The position numbers and the translations under genes were made by a program. DNA of 64,000 nt from Naegleria gruberi. Taxonomy: Eukaryota. Each line of letters begins with the position of its first letter. Positions within the stretch are counted from its first letter, which is position 1. Shown here piece by piece: positions 10,135 to 21,122 of the stretch. The stretch lies in assembly GCA_000004985.1 (NCBI GenBank), contig GG738888.1. The stretch is one strand, 5' to 3'. A model generated the notes under the pieces. It did not search any database, was not told the DNA's origin, and worked only from the letters and a program-made list of their open reading frames with translations.

Positions 10135-12915
10135 TCAAGTAAAAATTTTGGTGAGTGTCTCTGTTAGTATTCTCTTGGTTTCATCCAACAAATTTCCGTC
10201 TATTGGAGTCGAACGAACAGTCAACACTGAAACTGATTCTACCAACTTGTTTGATTTCTCAGTTAGTACAAAGTTAATGACAGGAATCTTGTTAATCTGA
10301 CATGCAGTGGCAACAGCTAATGTGCTTGGTGTTGGCGAACTTCCAACTAGAATAACAGCTGTTGCTTGTTGTTGTTGGATAGACATGTCAAAGTGATACA
10401 TGGTTTCAGCTGCAGAGCTCAGATTTGTTTGAGCTGTATCAAACTCTCTGCTCAACATGAAGTCATTGAACGACTTGAATTTTGTAATCTTGGATAATTC
10501 ATCCGAATCTATTTGGGCAATGGATTGATCGGCAACTCCCAGGCTATATTGAATAGTGAATGGTAACTCTAAACTACTTAACATTTTAAGAATAGTTCTT
10601 CCTTCATTTTGATTACTCAGGAAAACGAAAGCAGTTCTCAGATCATTATTTCGGTAAGAGTTCATTAATCTATTACCTCTCTGAGTTTCCTTTTGAATAA
10701 TAAGAGATCTTGCTTCACTGGTGCCTTGTACTCTTCCAGTTGTATCTCCATTATTACTAATTTGCATATAATCACCTGAATATGAATTTGTTTCTAGTGT
10801 TCGAGAAACTGGCATGACGAAACATCTTATATTGGCGTACTTTCTTGCATTGGAACATAGATGCCAGTCCTCTCCAGTGGCCCATGAGAACATCTTTTCT
10901 CTGAACAATAGTTTAACCCACTCCCTCTCCATGAACCAACTTCCACCGACAACATCCACCTCAATGATCTGTTCTGAACCAGAGACAGGTCCATAAAAAT
11001 AATCCTCAGCTGTTGGAGTTCCTTTCGTTCCAAGAATTCCTCTGTAATTATTGGTATTGATAGTGTGAATGGCTGCCTCTAAAAATCTCTTCTCAGGAAT
11101 GCAATCATCATCAAAAACAGCAATATACTTGGTTGGTGATTGTAGCGCAAGTTGAAATCTTCCAAAATATTTGAGCTGCATTTCTCCCTTATTGATAAAG
11201 AGTGAAATATTATTGGATGTGGCAAGTAACTTGGCCTCTTGTATTTCATTTTCAATCTCCTCTGCTTTAGGCGATGCAAAAAAGACCATCCAAACTACTT
11301 TAGGTTGATGAGTTTGTGAGAGGAGAGCTTGCATCCATCTCTTCACTAGACCTGTTCTCTTATACAAACCAACAACGACAGTGACAGAAAATTCATCAGA
11401 GGTCTTCGTTGCTGGAGTGTATGCGCTAGGTAATGCGAATAATTCTTGCATGGTGAGTGGATCTTTTGGTTTTGATCTTTCCAATAATTCCTTCTTTCTA
11501 CTTTCGAATGGTAAGAAATTTTGAGAGTAAACACTTTCTGCAATTGAATCTTGAATGAATTGAGTGGAACATTCACTAGATTCTGGTAATTTGGAGGTGA
11601 CAAAATCACGAACAATTTTTGAAATTCTCATGCTAGCTTTTCCATCTCCAAATATGTGTTTTGAAAGAATTAGTTTCGAATTTTGTGAATCCTTGATTGC
11701 GTCGGTCATGGCTTTCACAATGTGATGATAATTAACACCTATCTTTTTAATAGTTCCAATGTATATTCCCTCTGGTCTCTCAGTTGTATCTCGCATGAGT
11801 ATAACAGGTTTTCCAATACTTGCTGATTCCTCTTGAATGCCACCAGAGTCAGTAACCACAATGTCAGCTTCACTAATGACATGTGGAAAGATGTCATAGG
11901 CAATTGGATCAACTAGTTGGACATTATCCAAAGAAGATAACACTTCATGTACTACACTCTTAGCATTTGGATTTGGATGAACAGGTAGAATGACCATGAC
12001 GTTCTTACCAAATGTGTTGGAAATTGTTTTGATGGCATTACACATCTCTTTAAAGTGTGGAATGTTCTCTCTTCTGTGCATGGTAACAAGAATTACAGTT
12101 CGATGTGAAGATGTAGTCGCATCAACATGCTTGGTTTTAAAACTTCTGATGTTTTGAAGCAACTCTGGAATTATTTTTGGTGGGAGAGACTTTAAGGAAT
12201 AGAACGAATCAATACCAGTGTTACCAGTGACATGCACATGCTGTGGACAGATGCCTTCTCTAACAAGAGCTGCTTTAGAAAATTCTGTTGGAGCGAACAA
12301 GAGACTGGCAAACGAGTCAATCACTTTACGATTCAACTCCTCTGGGAATGGACTATTGAAATCATAAGATCTCAATCCAGCTTCTACATGTCCAACTGGT
12401 ATCTTTAAATAACTGGCTGCAAGGGCAGCAACAAGAGATGTAGTTGTGTCGCCTTGAACCAACACCATGGAGATTGGCCCTTGCTTTTCAAATTCTAAAC
12501 TAATCTTTTGGAAGGCAAGTGTGAAGAAAGAGGAGATGCTTTGATTGGGAGTCATTAACTTCAAGTCAATGTCCACATGTTGATGAAATACACCAAGAGT
12601 TTGCTTTAAAATCTCACTATGTTGACCAGTACTCAACACAATCACCTCCAATTCAGAGTGATGGTTTGACTTGAGATGTGAAATTAGTGGAGCACATTTG
12701 ATAGCTTCTGGTCTTGTTCCCAAAACTATGACTACTCTTGGCATGTTCTTCTTGTGAGGAATGAGAACACTTTCATGGTTTTCATTGGAATGTGGTCTGA
12801 CCAGAACAACATCTGAATCAATAGCTGACTTGTTAGTTCTCAATAGAAAAAAGAAAACGAAACTAATCACCAATAATGTTGCACACACAATAGCGAGCTT
12901 AAATATCTTACTCAT
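10135..12915 (-). CDS. type-II membrane protein: non-hydrolysing UDP-N-acetylglucosamine 2-epimerase (WecB/MnaA-type) domain fused to C-terminal DxD-containing glycosyltransferase-like domain
   Basis: 926-aa single exon with ATG at 12915. An N-terminal signal anchor (IVCATLLVISFVFFFLL) is followed by an epimerase core (VVIVLGTRPEAIKCAPLI ... VLVQGDTTTSLVAALAASYLKIPVGHVEAGLRS ... MHRREN ... DSGGIQEE). The C-terminal ~450 aa is unrelated and carries 'YIAVFDDDCIPEKRF' (DxD). Confidence 0.75.
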   Translation of the reverse strand: MSKIFKLAIVCATLLVISFVFFFLLRTNKSAIDSDVVLVRPHSNENHESVLIPHKKNMPRVVIVLGTRPEAIKCAPLISHLKSNHHSELEVIVLSTGQHSEILKQTLGVFHQHVDIDLKLMTPNQSISSFFTLAFQKISLEFEKQGPISMVLVQGDTTTSLVAALAASYLKIPVGHVEAGLRSYDFNSPFPEELNRKVIDSFASLLFAPTEFSKAALVREGICPQHVHVTGNTGIDSFYSLKSLPPKIIPELLQNIRSFKTKHVDATTSSHRTVILVTMHRRENIPHFKEMCNAIKTISNTFGKNVMVILPVHPNPNAKSVVHEVLSSLDNVQLVDPIAYDIFPHVISEADIVVTDSGGIQEESASIGKPVILMRDTTERPEGIYIGTIKKIGVNYHHIVKAMTDAIKDSQNSKLILSKHIFGDGKASMRISKIVRDFVTSKLPESSECSTQFIQDSIAESVYSQNFLPFESRKKELLERSKPKDPLTMQELFALPSAYTPATKTSDEFSVTVVVGLYKRTGLVKRWMQALLSQTHQPKVVWMVFFASPKAEEIENEIQEAKLLATSNNISLFINKGEMQLKYFGRFQLALQSPTKYIAVFDDDCIPEKRFLEAAIHTINTNNYRGILGTKGTPTAEDYFYGPVSGSEQIIEVDVVGGSWFMEREWVKLLFREKMFSWATGEDWHLCSNARKYANIRCFVMPVSRTLETNSYSGDYMQISNNGDTTGRVQGTSEARSLIIQKETQRGNRLMNSYRNNDLRTAFVFLSNQNEGRTILKMLSSLELPFTIQYSLGVADQSIAQIDSDELSKITKFKSFNDFMLSREFDTAQTNLSSAAETMYHFDMSIQQQQATAVILVGSSPTPSTLAVATACQINKIPVINFVLTEKSNKLVESVSVLTVRSTPIDGNLLDETKRILTETLTKIFT

Positions 12916-13768
12916 TTTTTTGAAACTTAACTTTCAGTGTTAGTGCATTAACGTTGTGGAGTTTACAAGAACAGGAGTTGGCACAACAATACTCTCTACC
13001 AAGTATTTCTAACAGGTTAAAAAAACAATTGTTTGCACTCCAACGATCATCTTTGGAAGATATTGTTTCAGAAATCACAAATATGGCTACGAATTAACGG
13101 TTATGGCATCCATACTGTACTTCCAATTCCCATTTTATCAAACCACCGAAAAACAAAAGGAATTGAAATCCAACTCTCTGGAAAACTATCATCTTGTACT
13201 GCATTTCATCCTTTGTTCACTATTCCATTCCTTGACGAAATTCAAGCAATTTCTAATTAATGATTGGAAAAAGAGTTCGAGTTAGAGGAAGATTCAACAG
13301 AGTGTTGAATAATTTAGAAACGATGCATTCGTTGAATCATTCTCTTGCTTATTTAGGATTAGCTGTGGACTAGATATTAACCTTTCATTGTTGGTAAGTT
13401 CGTATGTTATGTTACTGGCCACCAAATTGGGAACAGCGAAAGGAAATATGTGTGGGCTTTGCTGTGCCAAACTACTGAATACCCATTCTCAATCAATGAT
13501 GATTAGTAAAGGTTTTTCTTCTCATTGTTGTTGTTACGGATGTGCATTCTAGAACTCTTTAAGGTGATTTCCTATTCGAAAGTTGAACTTTTAAGATCAT
13601 AGAGTGAGAATTCTTGAGAGTTGAATCCTAGATGGAATAGAAACACAATGTCGTTTCAGAATATTGGATAGGTTTGCAGATTTTTCAATCATTTAAGAAA
13701 ATATTCAACAGAGCTCACAAATTATTTATGATTGATACAAAATTTTTGATTCAAAATTGAATATTCAG

Positions 13769-14170
13769 TTATTTACGCTTGTAGAGATCGAATTTCTTGT
13801 TTCTCTTTCCACCTCTTCTATTCTTTCTATTCTTTCTATATTTTCTATTCTTCTTTCCATAAGTATCAAATCTTCTCTTTCTATTGTAATTTCTCTTCTT
13901 CTTTCCATAGACATCAATCTTCTTTCTGATAACTCTCTTCTTTCCATATCTTCTCTTCCAGCCCTTTCTCTTTCCGTAGGTGTCCAAATATTTGTGAACC
14001 TTTCTATTCTGTCTGTTTCTTCTCTTAACTCTGTACTTTCCCTTATTGTTCTTTCTAATGTACAAGGAGAGAGTTGATGCTTGTTCTTCAGCACTTACTT
14101 CACTAGTGAATGAGAGTGCAAACACAAGCAATGTCAAGGCAATCAATAGAATTGAGACGAATCTTTTCAT
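13769..14170 (-). CDS. small secreted polycationic repeat protein (signal peptide + K/R/Y/G-rich DxYGKK repeats)
   Basis: 133 aa with ATG at 14170. Signal peptide MKRFVSILLIALTLLVFALSF..SAEEQ. The mature part is about 50% K/R with repeats DTYGKRKGW/ DVYGKKKRNY/ DTYGKKNRKY/ FDLYKRK. ORFs on both strands here are shadows of the underlying TCT/TTC repeat. Confidence 0.4.
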   Translation of the reverse strand: MKRFVSILLIALTLLVFALSFTSEVSAEEQASTLSLYIRKNNKGKYRVKRRNRQNRKVHKYLDTYGKRKGWKRRYGKKRVIRKKIDVYGKKKRNYNRKRRFDTYGKKNRKYRKNRKNRRGGKRNKKFDLYKRK

Positions 14171-15089
14171 TTTTTTTGTTAATGTTTTAAGATTCTCTTT
14201 TTTGCTTTGTCAATTTATAGTTTTCCTGATATGATTGTGAAAGTATTCTTTTTTAATGTGGTATGAAAGTGGATGAGTAGAATTGAAAGATTTTCCTATC
14301 TGGTGCTATACCTGTTTCGAATAGGATATAAATGGACAATGGAAAATCAAATCTCTTGAACAACAGTAAAGAAGTTCATAATTTTGAGTTGGTTTTCAAC
14401 TGGTGGAATATCTTTATTCTTTAAAATTTCCAATCTTTCTTGCACGATTTCAATAGTTGCAACGCATTTGTCCAAGAACTAATACGAAAGTTGACTGGAT
14501 TCTTCATGTTCTCAAACTGGAATAGGTTATTTTTGAACTCTAACTATTTGATTCTCAAAAAGTAAAACTCTTTCCACAAATATTAAATCTGAAATGAGTA
14601 AAATTTAACATTGTCAACCTCTTCATTATTAAAACCTTACGTGAACATGTTTGTATCGAAGAATTGAAAACTCGAATCGTAAATTATTAATAAAATTAAT
14701 ATAAAAAAAATGATTTGCAAATCGGGATTGGCTTTTTTGCTCTCAAATAATCATGAGGGTGATTTGAATTATTTTGTCAAGAAAGGATGAGAAATTTACA
14801 TGCATGCCTACACATATATATTGTTGCATTATAAGAAATATTATTCAAGCATTAGAAAATTTAATTGATACATCACTCGGATGATGTTGACGAGATTTCG
14901 TTCATACCATAATGATAACTGTTCGAACATGTCCAAATCTATTCAGTCATGACATCTCCTTTCCCTGCACCTAAAGAGAAGTTGGCCACAGTATTGTAAA
15001 ATAATTACATTATCCACAAACAAAAAAATAGAAGCACCTTTCTAATCGACAAACACATCAATTAACTGACTATTCAATATAACATCAGC

Positions 15090-18000
15090 ATGTTAAAGTG
15101 GTGTGTCCTCATAATTATTCTTCTCTCAACCATTTTCACATCACATGCACAATATGTCACACAAACAGTGGCAGGTAATGGAATTTCCCAAAGTTTGGGA
15201 GATGGTTTTCTTGGAACACAAGCGAGTTTAAACAGTCCAAGAGATGTTGCTCTTGACATGTATGGTAACATGTACATAGCTGAAGAGAAGGCACACAAGA
15301 TTAGATTCATAAACAAGACAACAGGTATTATTTCAACATTGGTTGGAAATGGCATTGCTGGAAGTGTTGGAGATGGTGGATTGGCTATTAATGCACAATT
15401 ACATTTACCATTCTCTCTAGCAATTGATTCGACTGGTCAAAATTTGTTCATTTCTGACAGTGGAAACCATGTTATTCGTCACATTAACATGACAACACGT
15501 ATCATTTCAACTGTTGCTGGAACAATGCGTAGTCCTGGATTTGGTGGTGATGGAAATATTGCCACACAAGCACTATTAAACACTCCTAGAGGAATTAGAC
15601 TTGATTGGAAGGGAAACATTTATATTGCAGGTAGTGTAGTTTATTGACAATTTAATACTTACAATAATGCAAGATACTTCAAATTGTGCCATTAGAATGG
15701 TCAATAGAACTAATGGGCTCATTTCAACCATTGCTGGTAAGGGATCAATTTGTGGAACTAAATTATTAGGAAATGGTGGATTAGCAAATAGTACAACACT
15801 TTACAATCCGTTTGGTGTTGCGGTCGACTCATTTTTCAATGTTTATATTGCTGAGAGTTCTGCAAGTGTTATTCGATTTGTTGATAAATCAACAGGTATT
15901 ATTTCAACATATGCAGGTGATGGCTCTCCAGCATATAGCGGGGATGGTGTATTGGCAAGTCAAGCTAAATTGAATTATCCTAATTTTGTAACTATTGACA
16001 ACTTGTCAAATAATCTTTTAATTGCTGACACTGCTAATTTTGTAGTAAGATATGTGAATAGAACAACTAGAATTATATCGACCATTGCAGGATATAATGT
16101 TAATGGAAATAGTGGTGATGGTCTTCCAAGTAAGCAATCATCCTTTTCTTCCTTATTTGGAATAACAACAGACATGGAAGGAAATGTATACATTGTAGAT
16201 GCACCGAATTCTGTTGTTAGAATACTAATCAAAACATGTGATAGCTTATTATTTACCTGTAATAATCATGGTTCATGTCTTTCATCCCAAACTTGTAAAT
16301 GTAATTATGGATGGAGCACAGAAACATGTATCCAACCAACTTGTTTTGGTATTTTAGCAACCACTAATGTGGCATGTAGTGGACATGGAAAATGTTCATA
16401 TGTGGATTTATGTGAATGTGATATGGACTTTTTTGGTAATGAATGTGAATTCTTTAAATGTTATGGAATTAATTATAATAATCAATCTGTGTGCAGTAAT
16501 GGTAGAGGAAACTGTTCTTCACCAAATAATTGTACTTGTCAGAATAATTATTTTGGTAATGAATGTGAATTAACAACTTGTTATGGAATTGAAAGTAATA
16601 ATTCCAAAGTATGTTCTGGAAATGGTAAATGTATAGGAAAGGATGAATGCTCATGTATGAATGGGTATGTTGGCGACTATTGTCAGCATACTGTTTGCTT
16701 TGGTATTTATGGAAACGAAACATGTTCTTCTAGAGGAAGTTGTATAGCACCTGATAATTGTGAGTGTTTGGATGGCTACGGTGGCAGAGATTGTAGACAT
16801 TATGAAGTTTTTATGGATTTTGAAACTGTTTCCATTCATTCATCTCATCATCTGTTAATGAGAAAGTTAACAAGTGACTTATTGGAGTGTGGAGAGATAG
16901 TATCAGAATCGGATATATTAAAATTGGGGGAGAAAGATTCCCTTAAATGTTATTGGAGGGAATTAAGTGGATTTAGAATATATTTAGGCTATAATCATAA
17001 TATAACACATGGTTCAGTTTTAAATATCATGAATAATCTATTGACCATACATGTTAATGCATCTATTTCAGATCAAATTAGAAAAAGTAATGAAAATGGT
17101 GTTGTAATAGGATTTCCACTTGATGTATTTCCAACTAACAAGGATTTATTAATTAGATCTCAACATGATCAACACTATAATAATTTTAAATCAGTTTCCC
17201 AGAATTGGAAATTTTCTACAGTTATTCGTAATACAATTCATCCAATTCAAGAATTACTAGATAGAAACGATAACAAACCGATCGTTATCATTCCATCAAT
17301 TAATATTTCGGATCTTCAATCACTAACCATATCAACATTGACAATCAATGATTTATCAATTCAATCAACAAGTGAAAGAACATTTGCATTTGAGAAATCA
17401 AAGGATATTCCATCACAATTTAATATTTGGAATGAAATTAGTTCACAATCTTATTACCAAGATTGTATAGGACATAATTGTATAGTTGAATCAACATTAA
17501 TTGGAATGAAAACATCACTCACTTATTCTTTTAATGGATTTTTAATTGTAAAAAGTAAAGAATTTCAAAATAGACAAATATTTAGAATTACAAACAAAGT
17601 TGAAAATGATTTATTGAAAGAAAATTACAAAGGAACAATGCAAGTAGTAGGATTGAATTTAAATTCATACTCTTCTTCTTATTATCAAGTTGATTTGACA
17701 TATTCATCATTTGACATGTTGGATATTTATCTTGTTGGAATTAACAAGACATATTCTAGAAATGAGGCTATTGTTTTATCTACTTCTATTATTGATCCCT
17801 TTGTGTTTACCTACTCAGATATTAATAGTTTTAAACAAAGATGGTCATATCAAAATTCAATTACTAAACAATATGATTCAATTTTTGGAAGTCAGCTCTA
17901 TATTGCACCGCTACCTGTTGGATTATATGATATTTCGTTAAACGTAACTACGAAGTCCAATGTTTATACTTTTTATGGTAAAATTGATATTGTAAATTTT

Positions 18001-21000
18001 GAAAATATTCCATCTATTAACATTAAGCACGTTCCAGCAATTTATCCCTTTGGATCGAATATATATATTGAAATGTCTATAAAGAGCGACATTCCAATCA
18101 AGAAAATTCAATGGAAGTTACTAGAGGGAAAATTTGATAGCAAGCAATCACTAACTAACAATTATAATGAAATTCTAGAACAATCATTTAATCCAATCCC
18201 ACATTTTGTAAATACGCAACAATATATGTTAAATATTGAAAAAAAATATTTGATTGAGGGTGAAAGATATCAATTTCAAATAGTGGCATGGAATGAAAAT
18301 GGTCAATATGCTATCTCTAACATTTCAACACGTATTGATATGTCTCCTAGATTTTGGTGTGATATTTATGATCCAATTGGAGAAAATAAGGCATTTACCA
18401 GTACGTTTGTCGTTAATTGTGTGAATACTATTGCGGAGAGTGTATCTAGTTATTGGATTGATGTTTGGGATAATGATACAAGATTGATGATCTTGTCAAA
18501 TACTCAAAAAAGAACTTTTATTACAAAATTACCATTTACCAAATCTGGTTATTTGAATATTGGTATTAAACTTATCAATATGAATGGTTCATTTTCAAGA
18601 ATATTTAGAAAGGTGAAGGTTAATAATCCTATTTCTGATCTTTCACTACAATCTAGAATTAATTTTATTTTTTTAAATTTTAATATTATAATTGAAGAAC
18701 CTATTTCCATAGATACTATCATTAAACTATCTTGTCTTCTTTCTCTAATTGATAAGAATGATGATTTTACAGAATTAAATTCTGTTGATAAGAATATACT
18801 TGTAAAAAGTTTAACATTATTAATAACAAACTTGGATAAAATTCAACAAATTGCATTAAATGTTGATGACAAGCTAATTCAAATCATTCTTCCACTCCTT
18901 TCCAAAGTTACAACAATTATTCAACACATATCATTACAATCTATTAGTGAAACTGTATTATTACAAAATATTAAGTGGATAATAAGTGGTTACAAAAATA
19001 GTTTTCAATATTATTCTCCTTATATTATGAATCATTTATTAGATTTTACTCATGCTCAAGAATTGGAAACATTGTTTAAGACGTTATTGGTTAAAGGAGG
19101 TGGAATGAAGTCAACAGAAATGCTTCCGAATGTTGTTAATATTATACGCAGGTCCTATTTCAGTAGTGGGCTGGGTTTACAAAATCAAACAATTTCTAGA
19201 ATTTTCAATTCATTTGGAGCGAAGGGATTTTATGAAGAAATTGATACTGCATTACATTTATTAAATGGAAAACAATTCAATTTCCATTCTAATCAAGAGG
19301 ATATTCAAATAGATTTCAAAGTTTTAAACGATGTTCAATATAATCTAATTACTCCTTACAAAGTTAATTTGATTTCATATACTACCAAATCATATTTGAA
19401 CGTATCAGATAGTGTATCTTTGGCATTCATGTATGAGACTGGTGAGATAATACCTACTACAAGTTCTAAATATTCCACAGTTCAAATCAAATTCAATAAT
19501 GTGACACTAACTCTCGAAGAGGATAACATTTCATTATTGAAAGTTTTTTGTGTATCATATGATTATAGTAAGGATACTTGGAACACTGATGGAATTGAAA
19601 CGATATTTAATATTACACAAATCATGAATAGAACTATTACATTAAATGTAACTTGTCAATATCTATCATCTGTGGGCTTGACAACAATATCAATTCAAAA
19701 AGGTTTTTCAACCTACAGAAATACAAGTAGTAGTATTATTCCAAATACTCCACAATCAGATAAGATAATAGCGATTGTAGTGCCTATTTCAATATTGTTA
19801 CTCATTTCCATTTTAGTAATTCTAATATGTATAGGAATTTACTATTACAGAAGTAGATATTGGAGCAAAAGATTGAAAAATGAAAAAGAAATGGAACAAA
19901 AACTCTTAGAAATTGAATTGGAATTGAATGATAAAAACCCTCAACCCATATCCTATCTAATTCCCATTGAAGAATTGGAGTTGATAAAAAAGATTGGAGA
20001 AGGAGGGTTTGGCCAAGTTTACCTTGCAAAATGGAAACATGTTCAAGTTGCAGTGAAATGTGTCAGTAATTATGAAGATGAAGAACAAATAGAACAATTC
20101 AACGGAGATGATATGGAAGATGCATTTGAAAAGGAAGTTTTATTGTTAAATAGTTTAAAACATCCAAATGTTATTCACTTTTTTGGAGTTTGTCTTACTC
20201 AAACTAAAAAGTTAATGATTATGGAATATTTGGAAGGTGGGTCATTGGATAGAATTGTTTCAGAACTTCGTTTAAAAAGAAGGAAAATGTTATTGAGAGA
20301 AAAGATTAGAATATTGTTTGGTGTTTCGAATGGAATGAGTTATTTACACAATTTGAAACCTTCATCTATTATTCATAGAGATCTCAAGACGGCAAATATT
20401 CTACTTGATAATTACATGCAACCAAAAGTGTGTGATTTTGGATTATCAAAATTGATTGGAAATAATAATTCAACAACAATGACTACTAATTTAGGAAGTA
20501 TTTTTTATATGGCAGTAAGTGTTACTATATTACTATTTGCTAATTATGGATAGCCTGTAAGTTTTTTGTCGATATGGATGCGATTTAAATATTAAGGAAT
20601 TAATTGGAGATGGCTATCAAAATATTACAAACAAACTTGATGTGTACAGTTTTGGAATTATCATGTATGAACTCTTCTTTGAGGAAAATCCATTCCTTAA
20701 TCAAAATTCAAAGAAAATTCATCGGTTCTCCTCCAATTCATCATCTTCATCAAGCTCGTCAGAACAATCAATGGAATTGAATAGTTTTAGCGTACCTGTT
20801 CGAGTATTGAATGGAGTTAGACCTAAAATACCCTTCTCTAATATGATTGAACAAAGACAGTGGATATCAGAGTTTATGAGTGACGATTATGACCATGAAA
20901 AGAAGAGTGATATGAAAACAATCAATGATTTGTGTAAACTTGTGGATGATTATATCATGTTGATGAAAATGTGTTGGGATGTTGATCCTGAAAAAAGACC

Positions 21001-21058
21001 ATCTTTTGATGAAATAGGACAATATTTGGCTGATGTAATGTCTAACTATCAACTTTAA
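15090..21058 (+). CDS. receptor-like TKL protein kinase: signal peptide, NHL-repeat beta-propeller, tenascin-type EGF-like repeats, large ectodomain, TM helix, cytoplasmic kinase; exons 15090..15630, 15674..20514, 20554..20556 (3-nt microexon), 20597..21058
   Basis: NHL motifs (YIAEEKAHKIRFINK, FISDSGNHVIRHIN, YIAESSASVIRFVDK). A 43-nt GTAGTG..AAG intron (15631..15673) restores 'IYIA-D-TSNCAIRMVNR'. EGF repeats of the form C.C..G(W/Y).G..C. TM helix IIAIVVPISILLLISILVILICIGIYYY. Kinase motifs GEGGFGQVY, HRDLKTANILL, DFGLS, ...YMA|P|ELIG.., DVYSFGII, with introns 20515..20553 and 20557..20596. Confidence 0.75.
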
Positions 21059-21122
21059 TATTTAGGTGGGTCTTTTCTTAATTGTTTTTTGGAGTGGTAG
21101 ATTATCTTGAATTAGATTTGGT

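Noticed and set aside
13757-14094. Long ORFs on both strands overlapping the cationic-repeat gene (13757..14077 +, 13765..14094 -)
   Set aside because: They are shadow ORFs generated by the TCT/TTC trinucleotide repeat. Only the frame with a signal peptide and ATG (13769..14170 -) is retained, and that at modest confidence.
20515-20596. Single 82-nt intron instead of microexon in kinase 1
   Set aside because: It would delete the conserved Pro of the APE motif and would be about twice the modal intron length. An AG|CCT|GTAAGT microexon fits perfectly.
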